A DNA stretch of 63,778 nt, counting the filler, from Octopus bimaculoides (Eukaryota): the NCBI RefSeq assembly GCF_001194135.2. It is 8 parts of 7 records of this genome, joined end to end, with 100 filler letters (N's around TTAATTAATTAA, not from the genome) between each part and the next. Parts side by side here need not be neighbours in the genome. Positions count along the whole stretch, not along the records: positions 4,590 to 20,801 come from NC_068991.1; positions 20,902 to 34,597 come from NC_068995.1; 6 more parts are not named here. One strand, given 5' to 3'. Position numbers and translations under genes: made by a program. Positions 10,733 to 24,130 of the stretch are shown in pieces. The notes below the pieces were generated by a model. It saw nothing but the letters and a program-made list of their open reading frames with translations. It did no database searches and was not told where the DNA came from. The stretch's first letter is position 1. Every line of letters starts with the position of its first letter.

Positions 10733-11139
10733 TAAGTGAGTTGACTTGTTGAACCCAGTACCTAACAGCGTATCACTCTGGTATAACCTTTTCAATGCGT
10801 CTGTGTAAACTGCTTGGAATCTATGAATTCCTATTTAATAAATGGCATAGGATCTATTTGTACAGTATTTTACAATTATCAACTTCTATGGACGCCTCGG
10901 TATTTAAAGTCACCCGAATTATTTATCAGGCTCGATACACATTCAATTACAATAATGAAATTGAATGGCATTAAATATAAGTAAATTTCATTTTACTCGA
11001 ATGCTAATATACAATCTTGCCTTTCTATTTATCTCTTTTAAAGTATTAAACTTATGGTAACTGAGCTTAAAATTTTTTCATAATAAATAAGGTTGAACCA
11101 ATCAGATTATGATTAATATAATAGACACAGTAATTCTAA

Positions 11140-11330
11140 TATTTTGGCACAAGGCCAGCAAGTTCGGGGAGAGTTAAGTCGATTACATCGACACCGGTGT
11201 TCCACTGGTACTTATTTTATCGACCTCGTAAGGATGAAAGCGGAATTTAAACTCAGAATAATATTAAGATGCACGAAACACGCTTACCATTTCTCCCAGC
11301 GCGTTAACGATTCTGTCAGCTCACTTCTTC
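11140..11330 (-). mobile_element. SINE family A, diverged
   Basis: Reverse-complement match. A further partial + copy lies at about 11628-11735. Confidence 0.7.
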
Positions 11331-11779
11331 TGTAATTCTAATATTAGTTATAAAATGGAATCATTTTTAATAGATAATAAGCATTTTATATAGTCTCATT
11401 TTCGACGTTAGAAATCCCCAAGCAAATCCACTAAAATAATTTTGTGTTTGTTTGCCTGTCGGTCACGATTTGACCTTGACCTTCAATAAGTTGAACTCAA
11501 TTTTCCTTTGCTAGATTAAAACATTTATTATTCTTTCCTACCATATATGTTTACGAAGAGGGTTGTTTTTCACAAAAATGCAATAATATGCTTTCTAAAT
11601 TCAATCTAATTGAAATTTTTTCGCGCGCCGGCCAAAATGCATTGCGGCATTTTCCAGGTTTTACCTTCTGAGTTTAAATTCCACCGAGGTCCTCTTCGGA
11701 GCACTAGTGCCAATGTAATCAATTAGTACCTGCTCTCTCACACAAGCATTAGTCCCTGTGTCAATCGTAGAAGAGTATT

Positions 11780-12065
11780 AGAAATATCAGGTTGCATAAA
11801 AAGCAAGCAACGTTTTGAACCATGAAGAATTTGTACCGGAGTTTTGCAGAGTTTTGAATATTTTTTAAACATTGTTTTGCAATTATCTGATAATACAGAA
11901 ATAGATTTGCCCAAATGCATCAATAAATTAGCATTGATATTTTTTTCACCGTAGTTACAATCATCTGAAATGGAACTTTCAAAGCACGATATTCGAGCAA
12001 TTTTACTATTCAACTTCAAAAAAGAACGTAAAGTAACTGAAATTGCTCGTGATAGTAATGAAACG
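11780..12065 (+). mobile_element. Mariner 5' end relic
   Basis: MELSKHDIRAILLFNFKKERKVTEIARD from 11970 resembles a mariner transposase N-terminus. A TIR-like tcaggttgcataaaa lies upstream. Confidence 0.65.
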
Positions 12066-12084
12066 GTAAGTGAGTCAATGACCA

Positions 12085-12150
12085 GGGGATCGCGTGAGTT
12101 TCAAGCTTTTGGGTAAGGGGTCGCGAGTCAAAAACGTTGGGAACCGCTGG
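12085..12150. mobile_element. hAT-type MITE terminus
   Basis: GGGGTCGCGAGTCAAAAACGTTGGGAACCGCTG, a CAG(C/T)GGTTCCCAA-type TIR end. Confidence 0.5.
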
Positions 12151-15100
12151 GCTAGATGGTCTATAATCAACGGAAAGGGTCTAAAGTCTGTGATATAGTT
12201 ACTTAATCTGGAGAGGGTGGTGTTCTCCAGTTCGCCAAAAAAATCTTGTCCATGTATTTACATTTGCTGAAATTTTCTGATTTGGATTTCAGTAGTGCAG
12301 TGGAATTCTTAGATCCTGTTTAGATCCTGGAATAATATCTGTGAATGATTAGTAAAGCAACTGTTATGAAACCCAAGGACAGTCAAAGTTAAGTTTATGA
12401 GAAGACACATCTAAGTGTGCTGACAGACATGTTGATATCTTGCTGTGGTAACAAGTTGACCATGCGTATAAAACAGTCACAAGAGTCAAGGAATTCTTTC
12501 AGTCTATATATTTACGACATTATAATCTTTTATCTTCAGAGAAGTCAAGACATATCTATTTATCTTCATACAAGTTCGGACATATATATGCTGAAGAAAT
12601 GATTGAATAAGGCGTTCGTTTATTTTTTTATTTTTTTATTTTTATATTTCTATTAATTTATTTTCATCAGTTTATTTCATATTTTTGATTTTTATTTGTT
12701 TGTTTATTTTTGGCATTTTCTAATCATTTGTATCTCTTTGTATTTCCGTGTTGCTCTTTGTTAGCGGAATGCTATAATTTAACATCAGGGAATTGTCAGT
12801 ATTCTGCGAAGAAATGTCACCTGAACTTACAAAGATATACTTTTTTACCATTACATCTAATGTACATAAAACAGGTACGCTCAAAGCATATAACAACAGA
12901 GTATATCACAGTGGTATTGCACGGATATTATCATTCACAGGGACATAAGTGATGCCTGATTGCTTGCCGTCTATTGTCATTGGATTTTCATCAGGTTTAT
13001 CCAGCTGAAATTTCTGTATGATGTTTGTAAAAGTTATGAAAGTTTCTGTATTGGCCAGTGCTAATGCAGGACAAACTCTTGGGCCTACAAAAAAGCAGAA
13101 GCTATAAATAAAACAATATGCTTACATGTGTGCCATGTTATAAAATTTAAACATATTTCATTAAAATATAAACATGGAGTCGTTGAATTAGTTTAAATAT
13201 AGCTTTTACATTTCAGTAACAATACTTCAGTCATATAGATTATTACCCCATGAAATGTTTTGGAGCAGTTAATAGTTTCAAAGTTAACAAACATGCATTG
13301 ATTTGGGTTAGGTGAAGATATTTTTTCTGGCTGTTATCTTCTACATGCTTTGTGTAGCTGAACACACGTCCATTCATAGACACATGCACCCAACGTCAGA
13401 TGTAAAAAATGGATTTTCATGAAAGTACAAGGGTTATTCACGCGTGGCACCTGGATTGTTGTTAACACAGAGGGGGGGGAACTGTTTCTGTATAGAATTA
13501 GGCAGAGTTATAAATTAGAATATGAAGTCAAGGAATTAAGGAATTTTATTAAAGATATTTTTACTAAATGAATAAGAAAAGATAAATAAGTCGAGGCTTG
13601 CTGATAGAAACAATAACATACTTTAGAAAAACAGACTAAATATTTGTTTAGAGAATACATAGTCTATGGAAGAAATTTAATGGAATATTGAGGCTCATTA
13701 TATTGATGTTAGAATGGTGAATGCCAATATTTACTTCAACAAGATTTGAAATAGATTACTGTTTTATCGGGTTTCAATTACATCGTCAAACCAACAATAG
13801 ACATTCTGCAATATAAAAACAGTCTCCTTCAAAATACAGTTGTAAAAAATCACTAGATAATGTAATTCTAGATAGAGGAAAATAATTTTGATGGCCACGA
13901 TTGGGATGAGAATCTATTTACAATACCTACCCAAGGAGAAAGGCATGAAAGCCTCATTTTTCTTTAGCTCATTATTTTCTTCGATCCATCTTTCAGGACG
14001 GAATTCCTTTGGATTATCCCAATATTTTGGATCAAAATGAGCATTTATTAACATGTACGAAAGAACGGTATTTTTTGGAATATCATAGCCTCCTAGTGTT
14101 GTGTCTACTTCAGCGGCATGTGGAGGACTTATTGGAGCTGGTAAAGAGAATAATTGTAAATATTAACAATGCTGAGAATAACGATAATCGGAATTAAATA
14201 TGTTACTAGTGGTATCACAGTACCTTTGATGAATGTAATTCTTTCGTGACATCTCATAAGGTTTAGTTTGTGCTAATTTGTGTGGAAACAGAACTTTTGT
14301 TCTTGTAACACTGTTGCTGTAAAACTGAGTTTTAAATAAACCTGCGCTGTCACGTTAGAGATCTGAGCTTATTGTAATGCTGGATTAGCGAAATCTTGTA
14401 ATGTAACGATATTTTGTAATATACCAATATTGGTTATAATTGATCATTTCAGAATACTGTGCTTGAGATCATATGAGAAAAATGTTCACTTCAAACAAGT
14501 TTCCCCTAAATGTTTTTAAGCAATATAAAACACAAGGGAGCTCTGCCATTAATTCAAGGATGTGAAAGTTTTGGCATGAATATCCTTGGCGGACTGATTC
14601 ATTTGAATTTTCGTTTTGTATTGTAAACCTATTCGACATATTTTTCTGTCAGAACAACTATTACACATGAACTACAGGAGATGTATTTTAGAAGTTGAAT
14701 GACAGCCTACTTACAAACTATCGCAATTCTTTGAATCTCAAGAAGAGTTGCTGCAACGTATGTCATGTGTTGTTTGTCTTCCATTGTGACAGGTCTGTTC
14801 AGATTGGTGACCTGAAATAGATAAGCCACCACAGAAGACATAACTCATACATTCATACATACATGCATACCTACCTACATGCATATATAGCAGTGGCGAA
14901 GGGTAACTTGTTAACCAGGGAATGCAGTCCATGATGCAAGCCGATCACCAAGGCAGAGAGTGGGGCAGCTGAAACTTACTTTCCCCCTCGCTAAAAGCTA
15001 TTCGCCTCCGCCTCCATCTGCGAACTAACTTTAAAGTGAGAAAATGCTCTTCTGCCAACAGACCATTCTTCGGGCTTGGTGCTCCTCTCTTCTGGACTTG

Positions 15101-15255
15101 ATGTTCCCCCGTTAGCAATACCCTGGCGACGGGTCTGACATGATGACTGTTATTGGTTACAAGAGAAATCTGGGAAAATAATAGAACCTACAAATAATGA
15201 ACTATTTAAAACTTATTTGTAAATCAATTAGTTTCTTCGTTATTTTTTGGCAGAT

Positions 15256-15666
15256 TTATCGATAAACTTTGGTACAAAATGTATTGACACCACGCTCTAC
15301 TTGCTTCTTCTTCAAAAGGTCTTTATTCGTCGAAATGAAGACCAAATTACTCAATCTCTCTTCACTTTGAGAACACCTCGAATAATTATTTACTTGCTTT
15401 GAAGAAAGTGATTTTTCACAGGAAGCAGATGTGGCAGGTATGGTCACAATTTGATGTAGTAATTTTGTTACTTGGTTTAGTTCAAGCTCCTGTATTATGT
15501 ATGCGACTTCTTGGATGTTTGACACTTGCTTTGCAAAATCTGCAGCATAAAATAACTTCAGCTCACATTTCAGTCCATCTAATTCTAATACATTTTTATA
15601 GGCATCCAAAGAAGAAAACGCTTCCCTCGAAAATTTTTTGTTAGCGTGAAAAAGCTTCGGATTCAA
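15256..15666 (-). mobile_element. hAT transposase relic (C-terminal dimerisation domain)
   Basis: IVTIPATSASCEKSLS...SQSEERLSNLVFIS matches the hAT dimerisation motif. Confidence 0.82.
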
Positions 15667-17059
15667 CAGTTCAACTCGTGAACAGTGACGTCATGCAAAA
15701 TCTTGTAAGACAAAGTTCTTAAAACAACTTCAGGTTCTTGATGTCGACCAAGCTTCCCTGGTGGTTCAGCGACACCATCCAGAGCCCAGCAGGAAAATTC
15801 TTCAAACTTGCGTATATCTTTCTGTTCGACCACTCGGTTTGCAGGAGATCAGACAACTAGTTAGAACATCTCAAGTTTCCTTGAGATTCACACATTTTTC
15901 TCCAGTGAAACAGTTTAGCGCCAGAAATCAACCAGAACACTTATGATTCTCAAAAAGAACACTTCAGCTCTCGCCAAGCAAATCAAGGACGCAGCTTCAA
16001 CAAGATTCTGAAGTGTTGCATATTGAATGCCGTGCAATTATAGTTAAGTCGATCCCTATATCCTAGTCTCTCTACTTGTGAGGATTTGCAATTTATTTGT
16101 AATTTATTAATTTATTAATTACACCGTCCTCCCGGCTTCCTTTACTGTATCTATAGGTTTTAAAAGATACTTTTCCACCTAACGTGAAGAATTTTGTAGT
16201 ATTTTTGTTGTTCGCCATTTTCCCATTCTCACTCGGTATCAACTTATCAAAAACGAATCTCATCTTTCTAGCAAACAACAATTCTACTGGTGACACTCCC
16301 GGCGGGGTATTCGGATAAGGTGTTACTCAGTACACTCTTTAAAATTATTGAAGTGCAACGTCGTCCATTACTTCATTGTTCGCCGTTTTCAACGCTCTTT
16401 TAAAAGTATCAACTAAACGCTCCGCCTGACTATTTGATCTAGGAGGTCAAGAGGATCTAGGCAGAGTGGTGACATGTTTGATGACGAACATTTTACAAAA
16501 CTTCCTGAACTCGTCTGAAGTAAATTGAGTTCCATTGTCAGACACAATGATATCAGGAATACCATATCTGGTGAACAATTCGTGTAAAAAATCTTACTGT
16601 AACAGCAGATGTCGGCTTTTTACACTTATGCACTTCAGGCTACTTTGAAAAACTGTCCGCCACAACAAGGTAATATGAACCCTTAAGTGGATCTGCGTAA
16701 TCAACATGCAGTCTGGACCATGGAATAGCTGTTTTTTGGTTACGGTTGCCATTTAGTGGTAGGTGCTTTTTCAGCTAGGGCACTCCCTCTGCATGCTTTC
16801 ACTAATTCTTCAATGTCACGGTCAAGAATATATGTAAATTTTCATTAACGATTGCATTTTCGAAATCCTTGGGTGACCAATGTGAAATTCCTTTAGTAAT
16901 CTCTTTTGTAGTGTGGCTGGCACTGCAACTCTTTGTGCGTAAATCAGCGCATTGTCACACATTGAGAATGAGTTAGCATTTGTGTTGCGCATATTTTTAT
17001 CTCTTTTAGCCTTCAGCATATCTTTCATTTTTTAAATAAATTTATCGTTTTCTGATTTT

Positions 17060-17368
17060 AATTTTTGTCTTGTAATGTGACTAACAGTTCACGTACGACG
17101 TTACACAAGACATTTTTAATTTCGGAGATGTACTTGCATAGCAAACAACCTGATCTGAGATCGTGTGCTGGAACGTAAACTATTGCAGCGTGGAAGGTGT
17201 TTATAAGGCATTTAAGAAACACCACAAGAACCGTTAGATTCACTTCAACATTTAAATTTAATTTGCCAAAATATTTTCATCGCTTTGTGACCACGACCTG
17301 TTCACTGAAAAAAATTCCGTGCTGCAGCGCGGAATTTTGTCAGTCACATTACAAAAAAAAATAATTTT
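17060..17368. mobile_element. ~300-bp non-autonomous insertion with subterminal IRs and GC palindrome (Helentron/HINE-like)
   Basis: 16-bp IR TGTAATGTGACT(A/G)ACA at 17071-17086 and 17338-17353. 28-nt palindrome at 17311-17338. T/A-rich ends. Interrupts the Gypsy pol. Confidence 0.55.
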
Positions 17369-18895
17369 AAATTTCATTTTCCGCTTGCAACGCAGCAATC
17401 ACGGTATCTTCAAATGGTTCAACATTTTCTGAAATCACTCTTGATAACCAATCCTAATTTCTTAGATTGTATATACTCCATCTTAATTCTTTTCTTCGAC
17501 CCATATATGGATAATAATGGACGATAATCATTCTGTAGCCGAAAGCTTCTACCGTGTAAGAATCTGTAAAATTTTTACGGCAAAAATAATCACCAGAACC
17601 TCTTCGATTTGGTCGTAATTTTTTCTACTAATATCAGAGAACGTGAGGCATGAACCACCGCCTTCGTATTACCATCTTTATATTTATGTAGCTTTACTGC
17701 ACCTATACCGTACTCAGATGCATCTGAAATTACAACAATCTATACCGCAGGATGAAAGTATGCTAACAACAAATCTGGTGTTAATCTTTTTAGAATTTTG
17801 TTGAGCGCCTTCTGACAATTTTCAGACCAATTCTACTCTATATCTTTTTTTGTAATAGCTTATTTAGTGGAACTTTTACCTTATGCAGATTTAGAATATA
17901 ATTTTGGTAATAATTCGTAGTCCCCAAAAAGCTTGTAAGGTCGCTATATTTGTCGGAGGGGGCATATTTTTAATTGGGCATCTGGTCGACGTCCATTTCT
18001 ATCAATGATTTGTCCTAAATATTTTATTTTCGGCAAGAAAAATTCATACTTTTCTTCACTCAAAGTAAAGCCGTAATCCCTAATTTTTTCGAATACATAT
18101 TTTACGTGCTCTACATGCTGATCCCGAGATTCGCTTTTTATGAGTATATCATCAAGATATGGAATTGGGAATTCACAGTCCACTAACATTGCATCCATAA
18201 TCTTTTGAAAAATTACTGGTGCGACTTTTAAGTCAAATGGTAACCTGTTGTATCTATGCAGTCCTTTATGTATGTTAATTGTTATGTATTCAGATCATTC
18301 ACAGTCAACTCTAATTTGTTGGTACGCGTCAGAGATATCTAATTTATAAGCTATCTTGTCACCATTTAATTTCACGAATATGTCCCCCTGAGTAGGTAGC
18401 GGATAGTGGAACGTTTTAAAGACATTCATTCAAACCAGTGGAAAAATCAGCACACACTCTGATTTTATTATTATTTTTCTTAACGTACACAGTTGGTGAT
18501 GCCCATTGACTATCCACTTTTTGGATAACTCCAATTTTTCTAGACTCTAACTTTAAGTTTATTTGTCCTAAAGCTGCGAACGGTATAGTTCTTTTTGTTT
18601 AAATACCGGTATAGCATTTTCTTTTACTTGGAACTTCACCCTTGTTTTGTTGCACAGACCTAATTCATCAGACAACTTCAGGAAAAATATTTTTAAAAAT
18701 TTTCAAATTCGTCTGACGACTTATTTTTACTGACGGAAAAACCATTCACATTTTTNNNNNNNNNNNNNNNNNNNNNNNNNNNNNNNNNNNNNNNNNNNNN
18801 NNNNNNNNNNNNNNNNNNNNNNNNNNNNNNNNNNNNNNNNNNNNNNNNNNNNNNNNNNNNNNNNNNNNNNNNNNNNNNNNNNATTTAACACAAAA

Positions 18896-19110
18896 AGGTG
18901 GCAAGCTGGCGGAATCATTAGCGGGCTGGGCAAAATGCTTAGCGGTTTTTCGTCTGCTGTTACGTTCCGAGATCAAATTCCGCCGAGGTCTATTTTACCT
19001 TTCATCCTACCGGGGTCGATAAAATAAGAACCAGTTAAGTACTGAGTCGATGTAATCGACTAACACCCTCCCCCAAATATAAGGCCGTGTGCCTTTAGAA
19101 GAAAGGTTTA
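18896..19110 (+). mobile_element. SINE family A nested in the Gypsy relic
   Basis: Full head and body match. Confidence 0.85.
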
Positions 19111-20901
19111 TTATGTAACACAAAAACTTTGACTTTTAAGGTTTTTCCACGAAATGTAACGTTGCTTAATATTCGCCCTTAAAATCTAATTTTTTTCCTG
19201 AAACACCACGTACAAATTTCGAGGTTTCGTTTAATCTAGGTCTTCCGATTTTTTTCATGTGTCTGTGTTAATTATTAAGATATCACTGCCCATATCTAAT
19301 TGTAACTTAATGTCTGTGTTATTAATTTTTACACACACAAATTTCTTTTGAAGCTCCGTCATGACACTTTTCTCGCTTTTTTCCTATTCGTTACCGGTCG
19401 ACACGCCTGAATATAGGAGCAATCTTTTTCTTCAATTTTATCTGCGTCATGTCTTAGATTTATAATCATCTGGCATTCTTATGCTACTTCCCGTAGAGTT
19501 AACTTTTGGTCCTGTTCTAATTCTGTCAATATCCGGGAACGTATATCTGCATCTTTGCTTGCAATTAGCTGCACATTAGCTTGCACATTAATGCCGTCGA
19601 GATGTAGGCCCCGAAACGGCGCGCATTCTCTCCTGATGACCCCATACACCTGCTGGCTTCCGGTATGTGGAGTTCTCGACTGGTAGCACTTGTATGTGCG
19701 AATTGTTTGCAAGACATCCAATTTAACTTATTGAATTTACCCATATTTAAGCCCTTATTATTACTTTTATTAGCATATATTTCTTTCTTTTAATTTTTAT
19801 TTATTTATGTTAAATACTATATCTCTTAACCGAGCCTCTTAACATATTTACATCCGGTGTCTCACTAAACGAACGCTGCATATCTGAAATCTTTGAATTA
19901 CATTTTTGTCCAATATTTCTTTATTTTTATTAGTCTAGCTGAATAATAAATTTTCAAGGGGTGTAAGGTAATACTTTAAAAGTCTTTACTAATTTATTTT
20001 TCTCTATCTATTTTTACTTTTTACTCTATCTATTTTATTTTATTTATTTTACTTTATTCTTATTTTTATTTTGTAATTTTTATGTACCCCTAACATTAAA
20101 TTAATATTCTTATTGGTCTTTTAACCCTTTCGATATTTATAATAAGTAATAGATTGTCTGGAATGTCCTCTACTTTAATTGATTATTAATAATAACTATA
20201 CACGCTTGAATTAAACTCTACATACTAATTTTTTATTTATTTAATATGGATAGATATAATATCACAATATGACATTTTTATCAATTATATTTACCTGAGT
20301 TTTCTTATACTTAACACTTTAGTTGAATATATTGTTATATTCTTACTTTACAACTCCAGTATACACAACCTAAGGTCTATACCATGCCATATACTCTGTT
20401 CTTTATGTATAAATTTTATGAGTTAACGGTTTGTTTACTCAACATGCAGGAACTGAACACCTATTTTGTATATCTTTATCTACCTCTGAAGAGATTCGAC
20501 TTTCAAATAATTTTTAATTTAATTAATCAATATTTCGAAGGTGTGGAATTGAAACAGCTGTAAGGGATGTTTGTCAATTTTCTAATTAGTAAATAATAAT
20601 TTATTAAATACCTCTCTATTTTCTCATCTTATAATAAGTAAATATATATGAACCACGGTTTATATAGTTACCTTGCAGTTGAGTATTAATTCTAATGTTC
20701 AATTTACTTTGTATAGGTAACAAACCAGTACTTTCATAGGATTTTGCTATCCCTGAATGAGGTTTGTAATCTTTATTTGAGTTTATATGTATATATATAT
20801 ANNNNNNNNNNNNNNNNNNNNNNNNNNNNNNNNNNNNNNNNNNNNTTAATTAATTAANNNNNNNNNNNNNNNNNNNNNNNNNNNNNNNNNNNNNNNNNNN
20901 N

Positions 20902-21050
<149 letters not shown>

Positions 21051-21420
21051 TATATATAGATAGATACATTCATACATACATACATACACATATATATATG
21101 TGCATGTGTGTGTATGTGTATATGTGTGTGTGTGCCTGTGTAGCTATATCTATATATGCATGCATACATACACATATAAAAATAATACACGAAGACGGTT
21201 AAATGAGAGACAAGCAGAAGCGCTGAAAGACTATTATGAATGTATGTCTGAAGGAGTGAATAAGAGAATAAAGGAATAAAGAAGGAGTTGAATAAATGAA
21301 TGGAAAAGGATATGCGACAGGATTAGTGAGAGATCTGAGACATTGTAGTGGAGAAGAGGCAACAACAAGAGGAAACTTCATAGACAAGTAAATCATATTT
21401 ACTTCCATAGGATTTTGGTT

Positions 21421-21456
<36 letters not shown>

Positions 21457-22385
21457 TTAGTGATGGCGGTGTTGGTGTAGGCGAGAGAGGTGGTGGCGCT
21501 GTCATTGTTTTTGATATGGTGGATGGCGCCGAAATGTCTCAGAGTTGTTGCTAAGGGATATATATTGATGTTGCCAGGAGATATGGTGATATATGACATA
21601 TACACCTGCATATATATATGTATATATATNNNNNNNNNNNNNNNNNNNNNNNNNNNNNNNNNNNNNNNNNNNNNNNNNNNNNNNNNNNNNNNNNNNNNNN
21701 NNNNNNNNNNNNNNNNNNNNNNNNNNNNNNNNNNNNNNNNNNNNNNNNNNNNNNNNNNNNNNNNNNNNNNNNNNNNNNNNNNNNNNNNNNNNNNNNNNNN
21801 NNNNNNNNNNNNNNNNNNNNNNNNNNNNNNNNNNNNNNNNNNNNNNNNNNNNNNNNNNNNNNNNNNNNNNNNNNNNNNNNNNNNNNNNNNNNNNNNNNNN
21901 NNNNNNNNNNNNNNNNNNNNNNNNNNNNNNNNNNNNNNNNNNNNNNNNNNNNNNNNNNNNNNNNNNNNNNNNNNNNNNNNNNNNNNNNNNNNNNNNNNNN
22001 NNNNNNNNNNNNNNNNNNNNNNNNNNNNNNNNNNNNNNNNNNNNNNNNNNNNNNNNNNNNNNNNNNNNNNNNNNNNNNNNNNNNNNNNNNNNNNNNNNNN
22101 NNNNNNNNNNNNNNNNNNNNNNNNNNNNNNNNNNNNNNNNNNNNNNNNNNNNNNNNNNNNNNNNNNNNNNNNNNNNNNNNNNNNNNNNNNNNNNNNNNNN
22201 NNNNNNNNNNNNNNNNNNNNNNNNNNNNNNNNNNNNNNNNNNNNNNNNNNNNNNNNNNNNNNNNNNNNNNNNNNNNNNNNNNNNNNNNNNNNNNNNNNNN
22301 NNNNNNNNNNNNNNNNNNNNNNNNNNNNNNNNNNNNNNNNNNNNNNNNNNNNNNNNNNNNNNNNNNNNNNNNNNNNNNNNNNNNN

Positions 22386-22732
22386 NCAGTTGATCCGCTC
22401 AACAGAACAGCCTACTCGTGAAATTATCGTGTAAGTGGCTGAGCACTCCACAGACACGTGTACCCTTAACATAGTTCTCGGGGATATTCAGCGTGACACA
22501 GAGTGTGACAAGGCTGGCCCTTTGAAATGCAGGTACAACAGAAACAAGAGGAAAGAGTAAGAGGAAGTTGTAGTGAAAGAGTGGAGCAGGGTTCACCACC
22601 ACCCTCTGCCGGAGCCTCGTAGAGCTTTTGGAGTTTTCGCTCAAAAAACACTCACAAACTCCGGTCTGGGCATCAAAACCTCGATCCCAAAACCGCGAGT
22701 CCGCTGCCCTAACCACTAGGCCATTGCGCCTC
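22386..22732 (-). mobile_element. SINE family B
   Basis: Reverse match including the head (...CCACTAGGCCATTGCGCC). Confidence 0.85.
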
Positions 22733-22904
22733 TACGATAGATAGATAGATAGTATACAATTGCCCTCTACATCACTGGGGCAGAACCTGATGTATATTCA
22801 TTAAAATATAAGTTTAAGATGTGAATACCTTTCTAAACCACAAATTCTTTCATGCAGCATGTTGGACGACTATAAACTCTGTGCAAAACCGAGGCTGGTA
22901 TTTA

Positions 22905-23122
22905 TACACCTTTCAACTATAGGCACCAGGCCTGAAAATTTGGCGGGAGGGGCCAGTTGATTAGATCGAACCAGTACGCAACTGGTATTTAATTGTTTTC
23001 GACCCTGAAAGGATGAAAGGTAAATTCGACCCCGGCGGAATTTGAACTCAGAGCGTTGCGACGGGCGAAATACCGCTAAGCATTTCGGCAGGCCTGCAAA
23101 CGATTCTGCCTGTTCGCCGCCT
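22905..23122 (-). mobile_element. SINE family A
   Basis: Full-length reverse match. A diverged copy lies at about 23630-23812 (-). Confidence 0.85.
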
Positions 23123-24088
23123 TGAGTTTGGTATTTATAACTACTACACACACACACATTATATATACATGCACGCATATGTATATGTATATGTATATAT
23201 ATATATATTTGTATACGTTTCTATGTGCGGATGCTTACGTACCTATGTCATTGATACGCATGTAGTTATGTATTCTGTCTATCTAATAGCCCTCCGGAAG
23301 AAGGAGAAAATGAAGTCAAGTGCCTGACATTACGTAATGAAGTGCAAATGACCTTAATTGTAACGTTACGTAAAGTGAGGAGCGAACAGGAAACATGCAT
23401 CCGTAGATGTAATAGGTGTGGCTGCCTTAAAGAACCAAACACACTCACACACACACAAACACATACACACAAACACATACACACAAACACATCTACTCAT
23501 ACATTCACACGCACACACGTCCAGCGACAAAGCAATTAAATGACGTTTATTAGAAAAGAACAACGGTTACGACAAACAAAAAAAGCATTCGTATTAATAA
23601 TGGTCGTTTCTCTAAGCAGGAGGTCAGAACTTTGTGAGTGTAGGGTTTGTGGTCGATTAAATTGACCCTTAGCACTTGACAGGTACTTTATTTTATCGAC
23701 CCCAAAAAGATGAAAGTCATTTGAACCCCGACCACAAACTGACATGGATGATGAATGAATATGGCAATACGATTTATAACGGTGTTCTGGCCACTCGGCC
23801 ATCTACGGCCTTTCCTTTGAAGCAAATTAATTACATAAGTACAAGGCCACTAATAGGAAGGAGGTTAGTTTCTCTTAGTTCTTTCCGCCATTGGACTGTG
23901 GCCATGCTGGGGTGCCGCCTTGAAGGGTTTTGTCGAACATATCGACCCCAGTACGAATATGTTTTTGTTTTTTTTTCCTAAGCCCAGTACTTATTTAATT
24001 GGTTCCTTTTTGCCGAACCGCTATGTTATGGGTACGTCAACTAACCAACACCGCTTGTCAAGTGGTGGAGGGCAGACAAACACGAACA

Positions 24089-24130
<42 letters not shown>

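Larger units (their letters stand above)
16090..19730 (-). mobile_element. Degenerate Ty3/Gypsy LTR retrotransposon (gag-PR-RT-RH-INT)
   Basis: RT YLDDILI (17944-18198), RNase H ASDASEYG and VVHASRSL, integrase [21 protein letters not shown] and SPVELLF, gag-like ADIRSRILTELEQDQKLTL. Domain order is RT-RH-INT. Stops, deletions and nested insertions. Confidence 0.9.

Noticed and set aside
12467-12505. Plus-strand TATAAAA with downstream TCAGT
   Set aside because: Spacing of 34 nt is off-consensus, there are no supporting upstream motifs, and such matches are common in AT-rich DNA.
13997-14067. Plus-strand exon candidate (DGIPLDYPNILDQNEHLLTCTKER)
   Set aside because: Good acceptor but a weak GTATTT donor, no partner exon and no homology.
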